NCBI GenBank assembly: GCA_051362555.1
Contig: CM120649.1
Coordinates: 13,392,001 to 13,456,000 of the forward strand
Source: Lingula anatina
Taxonomy: Eukaryota > Animalia > Brachiopoda
Length of the DNA stretch: 64,000 nucleotides
Direction: 5' to 3'
Both the position numbers and the translations under genes were made by a program. Below are positions 40,761-53,673 of this stretch, one piece after another. Position 1 is the first letter of the stretch; the number at the start of each line of letters is the position of its first letter. Under the pieces are notes generated by a model. The model saw nothing but the letters and a program-made list of their open reading frames with translations. It was not told the DNA's origin and made no database searches.

Positions 40761-43700
40761 ACAAATAAATAAATAAATTTTGCGAAAGATTATTTTACCT
40801 TTGCTTGTATTGGAGTCAGTGTGATTTGTGACCCCCCACCACCAGTCTTGTTGATTTCCCTTCTCCTCTCCGCTTCCTTCTTCTTCGTGCAGCTCGCAAA
40901 ATCAGACCATTTTTTTCTGATATCTTTTACCTCTTTCCTCTCTATCCCTACACCATTGACTCTGAAAATCAATAAGATATTACAATTTTTTCTGCTATAA
41001 CAAAACAAACATTTAATGTTTCCAATTCTCTTCAATATGCTGCTGGTATGCATAATGATGTAATTCCCCGTGTGTACAAAAAAAAAAAAAAAAAAAAAAA
41101 AAACATTGAAGCATAGAATTAAAAAATAAATATATATATCAATATTCAAGTCACCTATTTTAGTGCTTTTAATTTTTAAAAAATGGACACAAACCTTCTA
41201 GTGATTTCTCCCCAAGCTTTCATCTTGGCCTCATTGGTTACTGTTGTAGAAAATTTACTAAATAAAACACTTTTCCTCTTTTCTACTTCATCAACTAAAA
41301 CTTCAACTTCTTCGCTCGTAAACTTCACTCGTTTTTTACACTGCTCCATCTTCACTTCTGGCGCCGGGAAAAACTGCGCCAAGGCTTTTATACTGTCCCC
41401 TCGGCATCTGATTGGGTTAGATTTACCTTCATTTTTTGACACTCAGAGACGGTGTGTTTTTTGAAAGAATAAACGAACAAACAAAATGACAACAACAAAA
41501 GTTCATTTATTTTAATAGTTGAAGTATATTTTGAAATATCTGTATGATTTCTTTTTAATGTCACCGTCTCAATAACGAGAAAATTGGGGGGGATTCCGCC
41601 CATGTCGAAGCACTTTTCCAGGGTGATTCCCGCGGAGAAACTCGCGCCGGGAATTCCTAGTTTGACCTACTTAAAAAGGGAGAAAAAGCCGGCGCAAAAC
41701 GCGGAAAGACGTAGTAGTCGGATATTAAATAATAAATCTTTTGCTTGAATTATCTTTAACGAACAATAAAATAAATTGTTAAAGCACACAAGACTTTATT
41801 TCCTGTTATGAATTGTGATAATTAAGAGTTTTATGAGGAAACTGCTCGCTCCAATCCTTTATTTTGATGTATTTTCTCGCCTCATGAGAGAGGAGAGTTC
41901 CGAGTCTGGAATTAGGTCACGATTTCGACAAGGATTCGATTCGTTTTCGAATCGTATTCGTTTCGATAGCTTCCAGAATACCACGAATCGTTCACGAATT
42001 TTTTAACGAATCGAAGACGAAAAAATTTCGACGTCGAAAACGTTCGAGAATACCGCCCCTGGACCATATGCTCCTTTATCCATTCCTCCTTGGCTCAGCA
42101 TAACGTTGCAATGGCTGAAGTACTTGTTTAGAAAATCTGCAGTCTGGCAGGAACCTAAGAAATCACGTAATCATATGTAAATTTAATCTAAACATGGAGC
42201 GTCGCAGTATCATGAATTATTTAAACTCTGAAACAATGTACAAACAAAACAAGTGTGTCGTGCAGATGAAAACAAAGACGCCAGCTTGTTCTCTCAATTT
42301 AATATTTTATTTGTAGATCACACGTCAACATCCCAAACAACCCGCCCTAATTTGGCCACGGATTTTATATACTATCAGAAGTAACATAGGTACCCATTCA
42401 AAAAACTAATTTAATTGATTTCCTCGTTTGTTGGAGTGCTTAATGCGTCTTACTTTGTTTCACCCTCAGTTGTCGTAGCAACAAGGGTCCCAGACGCAGC
42501 CCTCTCATGTCCCGGATGAAGGCTAGATCGTCTGCCTCCGTGTACGGATCTCCATTGTAACCCTCAGTGGGAAACACGGCCGGGAATATCGTGTCATTCA
42601 ACCAGGAAAAGATGGTTTCTATTCGCTGTACCTGATTTAAAACATAAAAAAAGTTTACAACTATAAAATTAAAATATGGCCTCCGTAAATAATTGCGTTT
42701 ATATCAATAGATTCAATCTTTCCGGTTCTTTAATTGAATTAAATTAAATTGATATGATCGAAAAGGGTATTTCAAAACAATTAAAATGTACTAATATTGG
42801 TCAAAACACTTTCTTTATGTAAACCGCATTTGCGGGTTGTATTTGAGTAACCTTAAAATATTTTCCACTTTAATTACAAAAAGGTCACACCTTATTTACA
42901 GTAACTGCGATTAAATAATCGGTTCATAAGCAAATCCTTTCCAAACTGAGAAATAATGGTTTTAAAATCTTACATAAACAATAAAATAGACGAAGCAAAC
43001 AGAATATGATTAAACGCTGGTCAGTCTGATTATCCAGTTTTATATTCCCACCATTCTCCTTTTTTCTTAATTATTTCAAATTGGAAATAATTTCATAAAA
43101 AAATCTTACTTTGGCAAACTTTTCATCGGTCAACTGCAGGCTGTTTTGCAAGTTGCGGTTCTGTTGGTAAAATCTTGTGTCTCTGTTAGCAAAACAAATG
43201 ACTATCAGTAGACAAAGATAAAATATATGTAAGAGTATGTTTCTTAGTTTCCCAGTAAGGTGAAGATCTTTCCTTATCGTCCGTCTTTTAGTGCGCAGGT
43301 TCTGTAAGTTGATGACTTTGTCTGCGACAGGGATGAAGCTCGGTTTCGGATGATCCACCGCAGAAAAAAATGCACCTTAAAACAGTGACAATAACCGTGT
43401 ATTTTTCGTTTTAATGAAATTAAAAGTAGTAATTATAATAAAAAAGACTGACCACAAAATATCCACCAACCCAAATTGTGTACTACATTTACATAGAAAT
43501 AAAACGATGAGTATTTCACTTTCTAACTGAATAAATGTGCATTGAATTGAAAAACCGATCAAAATATTATACATACATTCATTTTGCAAAAAAGCAAATA
43601 GTAATAATAGACATATAACAAAACAGCAAACAAAAATAAAAATAAAAAAGAGATAAATAAACAAATTAATAAATAAATTGGCTAATGCAGAGTGTACCTA

Positions 43701-46700
43701 TTTGGGGCGCGTACTCCGCTATCACCATGTCTTCTTCCTCCTCCTCATCTCCCGGCATCTTCAGCAGACACGACATCAGCACGGCGACCAGCAAGACCTG
43801 GGGGTAGACAAAGGTAGATATCCGTTTATTAGTGACAAGTGTTTTTATGTGCGCTAAATTATTACACCGTGATAATCAATATGAGGCAAATATTAAGGAT
43901 TATCCGCATCAAAAATGCTGTGCACAGTGTTCCCGTTCTTGATTCTTATATTAGTTCATTTCTTTAACTCCAAACTCCAGCAGTTGCTACTGCATACGTT
44001 AAACATACAGCATCTTTCAATTAATAAAGGGGTTATGTACCACAGCTTAATTCAAAATGCTACAGCTTACAATTAATTCAAATTCAACCCTGTCTTAAGT
44101 ACTTTAACCTGCTCATATAAAACCAACCCATAACTATGCTTGGTGTTCAATGGCAAGCAAACACACCTGCATCTGACTGTAGACGGCAGAAGCTAAAATA
44201 AGCTACGTAAATGAAAACTATACCTTCAGTGGCTCCACGAGACCAATGGACTGCGTCAGGGCAAAGACAAAAGATAAAAGCCAGTCCGTGGACTTCTCTG
44301 GACCCCAGTCTAGACTGTATGACAAGGTGAAGAACGCCGACGCGAAGACCGTCAGGAAAGCAAGAATGTAACCGAATACCACGGCCCACCACGGAAACCT
44401 GACGGGTTTGCCTTTCTTTTTTGCCTGTTTTGCCCACGTTCTCCTCTCATTGTCCATTTCGAACTGAAGGTCAATGAGCATTTCAAAATGTTCGTTCTTT
44501 TTCCGATATTTGGGGCCTTTTTGCATTTCTCTTGTGATTAGTTTTCCTAGAGCTAAATGGAATGTCTCATTGCCTCCTTTCAGCGACGGGATCTCCTGTT
44601 GGCTATCGATCCTTTCTGTTGGGAAGAAGCTGCTGCAGGAGTTTCTTGGTTTGCTTCGTTTAAAGATTGCCATGGTGATCAGCGTGGGAGGAACAACCAG
44701 AACGCTACTAACAAGGCCTACCCAAATCTGCCTAAAAGTGATCCTAATAGGGCCCAGATTTATGCCTAGAATAATGAGGATATCAGAACTTCGGATACAC
44801 TCTACGTAAGGACATTCAGTTTGGGGTGTATTGCATGTTTTACTAGAAATGTGAATCTGGGTCACTGAAAAAAAAACACTGTACAATATAACTTAACTGA
44901 ACAATTGGTGAACGATCTTGCATAAAATTTCCCTGAACATTCTTATCTCACCAACAGGTATCATTGTAATTTGATATAAAACAGACGTTAAAGCATGTTG
45001 GATGTTTTACCGGTCGTTGTGTCCTCATTCTCTGTAAACCACATGGCGTTGGAGACCATACACAGAAATAAGACCACGACACATATGGTGAGACGCTGAA
45101 CCCTTGACAGTCTGCTGGGAGTTGGTCTCTTTGCCACCGAGAACCAGAGATGATCGTCAAACAGAAACTTGCTGGCGTTGTTGGTTAGGAGAAGGTTGAA
45201 GTCGTTCATGCCTTCGAAGTCTGCGGACGCCATGAAGCGAACTGTGCGACAGTCTCCCCTTGACATTGATAACCACTGGTTGCAATGGTAATGTGACCTA
45301 CAATAAAAAAGATCCTCTGTTCCATTCTGGTTGCAGGATGCGCAAATGCATAAAATGCCATTTAATTATATGTCTTAAACACCCGGCCAAAGTATTTTCC
45401 CAGCCAGAAGCCGTTTTTATTTCAATTTAGTTTTCGTATTTGATTAGATTCCTTAATTGGTTCAACTGGTTGAAAAGGGTTGTCAACCTACCTTTCCCTT
45501 CGCAGAATATCGTACACGACTACTTTTTCCAGGAAGTAGTCCCCGCTACTTTCTGTCTCCTCATGCCATATATGTAGATGTGTAACCTTGCCAATTGTTT
45601 CAGGCGTGGTGAGGACAAAATTGTTCACTGATCCTCTCGTGAAATTCTAATTAAAATAATTAACCCCATTTATCAATAATAAAAATTAAATTAATCAAGA
45701 ATTCAGCAACGCGTAAGCTTAATGCTTTTGAATACAGTATGTCGACACTAAATAATAATATCGCTCTCAAAAACTTTTAGTACCGCCCTCAGCCCTACCT
45801 CCCGGCGTCCGTCCATCAGAACCTTCGGCTGTGTCTGACCGTCCTTGCCATAGAGTACTACAAACAGCTTGGCGGTGGTCCTCACCGGGGACTTGACACC
45901 AGTGTACACACTTAGTAAATACTTGCCTCTGTCATAGCGGTCATTTCCTATTAGATGCGTGTATTCCCACTGCAATTCCAGTTTGTAGCAGAGTGTAGAT
46001 GTAGAATAAAAATTAAACAGCAAAGACTGAAGCTTTTTGAAACGATGCTATAGCGCTCTTAAATACAAGGGGAATGTAACACTTCAATTCAACTGATCAT
46101 TATATCCGATTCATTAGATCCTGATTCTGCCAAAATATATATATAGGGGCCGATGTTCAATCGGTTGCAATCACTGGTAGTGCATATGCATGTGTTACAA
46201 ATCGGAGCACACACCTCAAATAAGACCAATGATTGTAAACTACAAATGAAAATGACTGATTTTGAATAACGCTGATGTCAAGATTCAAGATCAAAACAAA
46301 GGTCGCCACAGATTTTACCTTCTCATTATCCTGTATATCTTTTCTCCTAGCCCATATAAGTAATAGAATATATAGCACAAATAGAGAACACATAACGATG
46401 AGAACGTGCGGGCTTTGAGCTAAGAGGGTGGAGAAGTTGGCGAAAACCTTGTCGAAGTCGATTGTGTTTGGCGGAATGAAAAGTCCTGCGGCGAATGATC
46501 CGAAGAAGTTGCTTTTGAATGTCATTTTGCCATTTGTGGTTACTTTGCTAATCTGGAGCGAAATAAAAATCATTTATAACGTGGCTTGTTTGCCTTCTTT
46601 GGTTTATGGACAAATAAAAAACTATATATATGGGATTATAAAATAAATAATGATTGACAGTTCCATACATACAAGTCAAAGGTCTTGAAAAAAAGGAAAA

Positions 46701-49700
46701 CAAAATTTACTAAAACAAATTCCACTATCATCGTATTTGGCATAATGCAAATATGTCAACCGCAACGCATGCACGTTTTATAATTGAAATATATCAACAA
46801 TACCTGAAGTCCGACAGAAGAGTTCCAGGACTTTGTCGCCATGCTGTGATAAAGGGGGCTCAACACAATACATTTCATCGAAAGATTTTGGATATAGCCG
46901 CTTGTGTTGGAGCCTGTTTACAACAAAGGGAATATCAAAAACTGCAACAGTGTTATGGAAACAATTTCAGTTCGATGGTTCTTCAGCAAAGCAGTTTATT
47001 GAGTGATTATACCATTAAATATTTGATTCGTTTGATCTTCCAAGCCAAATCAATAACTTACTTTTATCAGCAAGAACAAGTAGATTAAAGAAAGATGCCC
47101 CATGAGGTCCCCCGGAAGGTACGTATATTGACAGCTCTCCGTTAATACCCATGGGTACCTGGAACACGAGACACACGGAGTGTATTATGAGGAACGTGCA
47201 CTTGATCAAACAAACAACGTTACAACCACTGGCTTTAAATCTTAATTTTAAACATTAAAACAGTCACCTCTCAGTCTTACAGTATCCACGCCTAGTATAT
47301 AAATACATTTCCAAGACTTTCCCCTTTTCTAAAAGAAAATATAACCGCCTATAATAAAGCATCCAATAACATTATTAGAGACCATTCCCACAGATATTTA
47401 GATTGATCTATCCCCCTGGGGAGTCTCACTAGATTGCTGTCAGCTTATCCGGCTTAAATGTCTGTCCCGCCGACTAAAAGCTGTAAGGGGGTAGTTAACT
47501 TTTGTGCGCGCTCGGCTCCCGGAAGCTGACAGCAATTTAGCGTGAACCCCCAGGGAGTTAGGTCGATCCAGATGGATCGATCTAAATTTGTAGGAACCCA
47601 GTCTTAGTCTCTTGTCTTTTCACAAGGAACGTATTCACGTTACTGTAGATCCCGGTTGTCACTTACATCAGTCTTCTTGCTGTTATTAACTGTGGAGTGA
47701 TTGGAAAAATCAAGGGTTACATGTACGGATCCTTCTGTTGTCTGAAAATATTTGTTTGTTTCTTAAAAACATTTGTAAAAAAAAAAGCACGTGTATACAA
47801 TCTTACTGGTATGTCGTATTGGTAACGCATTAACATGCACTCATTCTGTTAATATGCATCCCACATCCTCATTTCATGGTTTTAAATTATAAGCATTGAA
47901 CAATCAACTTTGCATACTATATATAAAGCTCGGACTTAGTTTATAGTAAGCAAGGCTTGATTGCATTTACTGGATATGGCATATCAATCGTGAAGTTTAT
48001 TTGAAGAGCGCACTACATGTACATGGGCTTATAAATCTGACATAAAAATCAAACATCAAATCGACAAAACAAGGTCAGCGTGACCCGCTGATAGATGTAC
48101 TCTGTATATGTGTGATAATGCATGGGTTTATATATACAAATGGTCTATTTACATTCGCCTTTGTTCTGTCCACTTCAACCATGAAGTCATAAGTGTCCTT
48201 AGTTGCGAATCCGCCGTGCTTTCCATAGAAATAGAACTTCCGGTTGGGTGGTGTTTGGAAAACAAGAAACAAGTTCTGGGAATTATCAGAAATATTCATT
48301 GTTTGAGAAATCCCCCTCTGCGTTGTGACATTTCTTATATCTGCTTCTATTGGTTGAAACCCCAGTGTAACAGGTATCTCAGTTTCTACATGGGCGTTCC
48401 CAAGATTCACAGCGTTTCCGTTCTCCGACTCCATGCTGATGCTTGTGACTATGGATGTGACATTTTCGCCGCCTTCACTGTATTTGAAAGGGTTTATTTT
48501 GTATGCAACCACCTAAAATGTAGAAGTACAGTAGCTTCATTCTCTCGTAGATTCTGGTAGCCGTTCCATTATTTTTTAAAAGATAACCAATGCCATTTAC
48601 GTCATTTGATTGGCATATAGGGGCCTACATATAGGCCTACACGGCATGACAAGACATAAAGAGGTGACCAAAAAACCAATGATAGAACTGGATGTTGAGG
48701 AAGGAGCTGCAAGACTAGTACACTGGGAAATAATCTTACCGTAAATACAAACAATTCCATTTCTGTAAATACGAAAAACAAAGAAATGGTAACCTAATGC
48801 AAGTACCTTGGCATACGTTACTTCACCCAGCTGCAGGTCTCCTTGAATTCTCATCGTCGCCAGTGTAGTACTTAAATTAAAACTGGATGCAGAAATCGAA
48901 CCTGGCTGTATCTTCTGGACGGCCAAGGCCACGTACGAAGCTTCAATGAGAACTCGATCTATTCCCGATGATTCGACCAACACAGATATGATCACGTCGA
49001 CCAGTGAGTTAATAAGTTCCACTAATTTCTCATCCCTGACCTACAGCATAAACAAGGTACCAGTAGGTGTTTGGTTAAAATGATTCAACTTACAACAACA
49101 ACAATAATAATGAAATAGAACGATAGGTTTTGGTATAAATATGAATTATTGTCTGATAATGACATTTTGGTACCAGTCTGTAATAATACAAGTTGTTCAG
49201 TGCAAATGGAGCTATTACAGAAAATCGTGATAGGCAGATGTGTGATGCAGCAGTAACCATTATCAGTAACTTCCTGATGTTAAACTGCTAGTTGTTAAAC
49301 CGTAAAATATTCCATTGTCATTATCTACATTATTCAGATGTGTTGGATATGTGTATAAATCAAAATATGCAAAATACTCAGGTCTGATGATTATTATCTA
49401 GATACAGCACATTCATACGCTGCAATATTTATATAAGTTAGTGCGGCGATGTGTAGAGTGATCAACACGGGTTCCTTACTATCTGCTCGATTATTCTGTT
49501 CGTTCCATTGCTAGTTGAATCTGGTGCTGAGAGACTAATGTTCAAGATGTTTCCCAAAGATACAGCCACATCTGTAATTGTGAAATGAAAATGCCGTTCT
49601 ATCGTTAAAATGGCATATGAAGAAAGTGAGGATCCATGTAACAGATAGTCCGCCCTGTATTAAATTCATTCAGGTTAGGGTTAATCTAGCTGCCTGTCGT

Positions 49701-52700
49701 ACACTGTAAGTGTGTTAAAATGGGAACGGATCCGTATTACAAAACTTTCTCGTGCATAAGATAGGTATTATTCTCAAGCGATGGAAATTAACCTCATAGG
49801 CAGAAACATGATGTACCAGATGCAGTAAAAATAAGCGATATTGATACACCATTCATACGCCGTCGGATTACACAAACACCCACAAACGTACACACGTAAA
49901 TTAACTTACAAGTCATCAGTGACGTCACGGCGGTAGTTGAAAAGTTTGCCGACGTCACTTTTTGCAGTAACGCACTTGACATATTGGCTGCTTGGTCCTG
50001 AAAACAAATTAATCAATTAGGTGATTTGACAATATAGTGAATCTACCTTTTCAATTGGAAAATAACATCTCAACATGTTACCATTGGTTAAAACATTATT
50101 TTCATTTATTCAATCGACATCTGATTGTGCTCAGGTTGACTACAACTTTTTTAACATGAAGATGTTTTAACTTTTTGTGAATAGGCCTACTGATACAAAC
50201 CATTAAAAAATTGCAAATCATGATATTTGGATTGTAAATAAAACAGAAATTGATAAATTTGTTATTACCTATTGTACATGTACATGCATTACCCGTGTAT
50301 ACGGGATTTAATTAATAACCGCTGCGTTCATCTCATTAAAAAAGAACCTCTGCACGAAAAGTACAGCAATCACTGTAAATAGCACATTTCGCATTTTCAT
50401 TTAAAAAAAAACATGTCCCTGGGACTATGCTATATGTTACCATGGCTCTCTCACTGAGCTGGTCAGCAGTGGTATTGGTCACTATGGACATCAAGTTGGC
50501 CACACTGACTAGTCCTGCCTCGTCACTGACAGTGTCCAGTACAGTGGACAGGCTGGTCATCAGGACGTCACGTAACTGGAATATCACTCAAGGTATATGA
50601 CAACGGTAAATCGAAATTAAAAAAATCGTGTGCAAGCATTTAGAAACAAACGCGCATATACATGTAAGAAGTGAAAATTCTTAACTGCACATATATGTAC
50701 AAACACAGACATTAACGGTTAACTAACGTTTTTTAAAGCAATGTTTGCAAACAGAATTAGTCATTTAGGCCCATAACAAACGTAATGCTGCTTATTTCGA
50801 AGCAATGTTTTAAGCACACATTGCTATGCAAATGTATGTGCAGACAGTATTCCGTTTGTAAGGCTAAACCGACAAGAGTTTATAAAATGTGTCAGCCTTT
50901 TTAGTCAATGATTTACCAATAATCTTTGCTGTCATAATCAAGCGCTTACCTCTTTCAGCTCTTCATTGTTCGCAGTTTGGTTTGATGAATCCTGAAAAAA
51001 GAAGAATGCCCTGGGTAACTTGGTATTTGCATTTCAACGACGTGAAACTGCAAATAAAAAACATAAGCACACGTAACAAAGTCTCAATACAAAATATATT
51101 GACTATGTTAATACAACCTTAACGCAATGTATAAAAGTATGAGAAACGTGTAGATAGTTAGGTTACTCCAACGCGACTAGATATAAAATTCAATAGATAG
51201 TAATTCTCTCAGATTAGCTGTATTACCCACCAATGACAGAGAACCAAGTGTGCTATTCAATGCATCTTCGATGGCAGAAGGACTTGTTAAAGCGGTGATG
51301 TTCAGAATGTCTGCTGGCTTTCTCTCTGAAATGTATTAGTCAAATATGAAACGTCGGTTTGCTTGCATTTTTGAAGACTTAAATTGTACCCGTTTATGTT
51401 ATCGTTCTAATTACGACATCTTTAAAAAATGCAATACAAAAATTGTACTGCAAATGAATGTTCGTGAAAATAATTTTGTTGACAAACAAAAGGAAAGATA
51501 TGATTCATTGCACACACATTTAGTTTTACAGTCCACGCACTTGTTTAATAGATATGCCAATTAATGACATTGTTTAGCTGATTATGTACTGAAAATAATG
51601 TAATAATTAAATCGACGGTAATATGCCGTTTGTTAATTAAGACAAAATTATATAAGTATATATTATATATATATGTATAATATATACTTATATTATATAT
51701 GTATAATATAAGTATATATTATACATATATATATATATTATAAAAGTAACGAAAATGCTGAAAATGCTGATCCATTGAATAACCACAATGGTCATATAGT
51801 AATTTCCATTGACTTACCTCTACAAGAAGGGACCTCTCTATCCCATCCCGTTCCGTTCCCCTTCCACACACAGGTTACGATGTACTCCAAGGAAGCATCA
51901 GGGAAAACTTTGTCTTCAACACAACTTAATGCGTACGTTTCCCCCACTCGGCCGTCACTTATCCACTGTAGTCCGCTTGTGACGTTTGAAGTAACGTTTG
52001 ACATCACTGTTAGTCTGACGTCATCTGGGAATGTCATATTTGGACACGGTAATCCTAAAAGACAGATGCTACAGTATACACCGCAAAGGCATTGTCGCAA
52101 ATAAATCAATTTCAAACGTTAAAATCAAATTGTTCCTGTATCTAAATACTTTATTTTCGATTTCCGAATTCCACGTATCATGTGGGCCGAAACATTAGCC
52201 AAACTGCTGTATGGTGGAAAACCATTTGCACACCGTGTCACTTGCCTGCAGACATACCAACATACCATAACAAAGCGGGGGGTCCACCTCCCACGTAGGT
52301 GAGCTGCTTCCATTTTGTAAGATGCAGCCGACCGTCACTGACGTCACAGCGGGGTCCTCATGCACGTAACCAGGGGCACACGTGAATTCGATGACGTCAC
52401 CGTACCTGGCATTAGAGTTGTTGAATTCTACGCCATCATTTCTCAGGTTTAATATTGAAGGGCAAGGCATTGCTGCAATATGAGATTTTAATGGGAGGAG
52501 GAGTTAACTTGAATATGTCTTGTCTAAAGTTTAAGACATTTTGCAGCTAACTTGTATCTACGATTTACATTTAATTATATAATAATAATAATAATAACAA
52601 TAATAATAATAATAATAATCACCGAATAAATGCTTCGAATGCTTGGCAATACGAAATAGTAAGAGACAGAGTTTGGATCTCCAAAAAGGTAGCATTAAGG

Positions 52701-53639
52701 ATCAGAACACACGCTGAGTTAGACCTTTAGAAATTCAAAGAAATGAGCTACGTCGAGCAGCAATAAAATTTGCTGAGCTAAGAACGTTGAGTAAGTATCA
52801 AAATGTGCTGAGCTTGGTCAACAATGGATGATGCTGAGCTAAGTTGACAATGAAAAGATTTCAAAATAAAAATCCCTTTACGCCTTGGATTAATTTTAAC
52901 AAAATCTCCATTTAAAAGACGTTGGTGATAAACAGCACACTAAGAGACGCTGGTGATAAACAGCACCCTAAGTCCTGTTCTCTCTTCGCGTAGGCTTTTC
53001 AAACAAACCTTCCTCTACCGATACATCGTGCACTTCAATGCTGATAATAAAAATCATGTTTGGATTCAGACGGATATTTTCATTGCTGCCCATGATTTTT
53101 AAATGTTAGTGCTTCTTGCTTATGCACTTGCTTGGGGGTCGAAACTCACTCGCCCATTACTGTTATACTGTACCGGTAGATTTCGTATAGCAACACACAC
53201 GCACACACACACATCTACTTACGAGTGCAGTTAGCCAGTGGCTGTTCCCACTCTCCCGCTGTTACATTATCAAAAACACATGCTATGGAGTAGTTGGTGG
53301 TGACACCGCCATCCAGACTGTACCCAGCCTCACAGGAGACGTCTACTTGATCTCCAACCCTTGACGTATTCAAGTTGCCGCTCACATGGGCGTGGTTACA
53401 ATCCAAAATGGTAATTGGAGGACATGGTAAGCCTGCAACCAGAACATAAAGCCGGGAGAGAAATACAACATTGCCAATAATTAAACAAGAGAGCGCGTCG
53501 TGCTCTATTCTGTGCATAAGTGACGTGACTCTGACATCTGTTTGAACTAAGGCCACACTTTTTTAATTTTATGGATGACATCCTGCGCGCGCACCGTTTT
53601 TCGTCCGTTCTCCAAAAAAAAAAAAAATCCCCCCCTCCC

Positions 53640-53673
<34 letters not shown>

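Larger units (their letters stand above)
37162..42058. mobile_element. Autonomous PIF/Harbinger DNA transposon, 4897 bp, two convergent genes
   Basis: Perfect 16-bp TIR gggcggtattctcgaa (37162-37177) / ttcgagaataccgccc (42043-42058); 3-bp TSD CTG (37159-37161, 42059-42061); inner inverted copy ggtattctggaagctatcgaaa (about 37228) / tttcgatagcttccagaatacc (about 41961); TCGA-rich subterminal regions; encodes a DDE transposase and a Myb/SANT protein. Confidence 0.96.

Noticed and set aside
37409-41349. Domesticated HARBI1/NAIF1 host genes
   Set aside because: Perfect TIRs, a TSD and insertion into another gene indicate a mobile element, so no host gene symbols were assigned.
52712-52972. Loosely periodic GCTGAGCTAAG motifs and a 28-bp tandem duplication
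   Set aside because: Too short and degenerate to assign; probably a decayed repeat.
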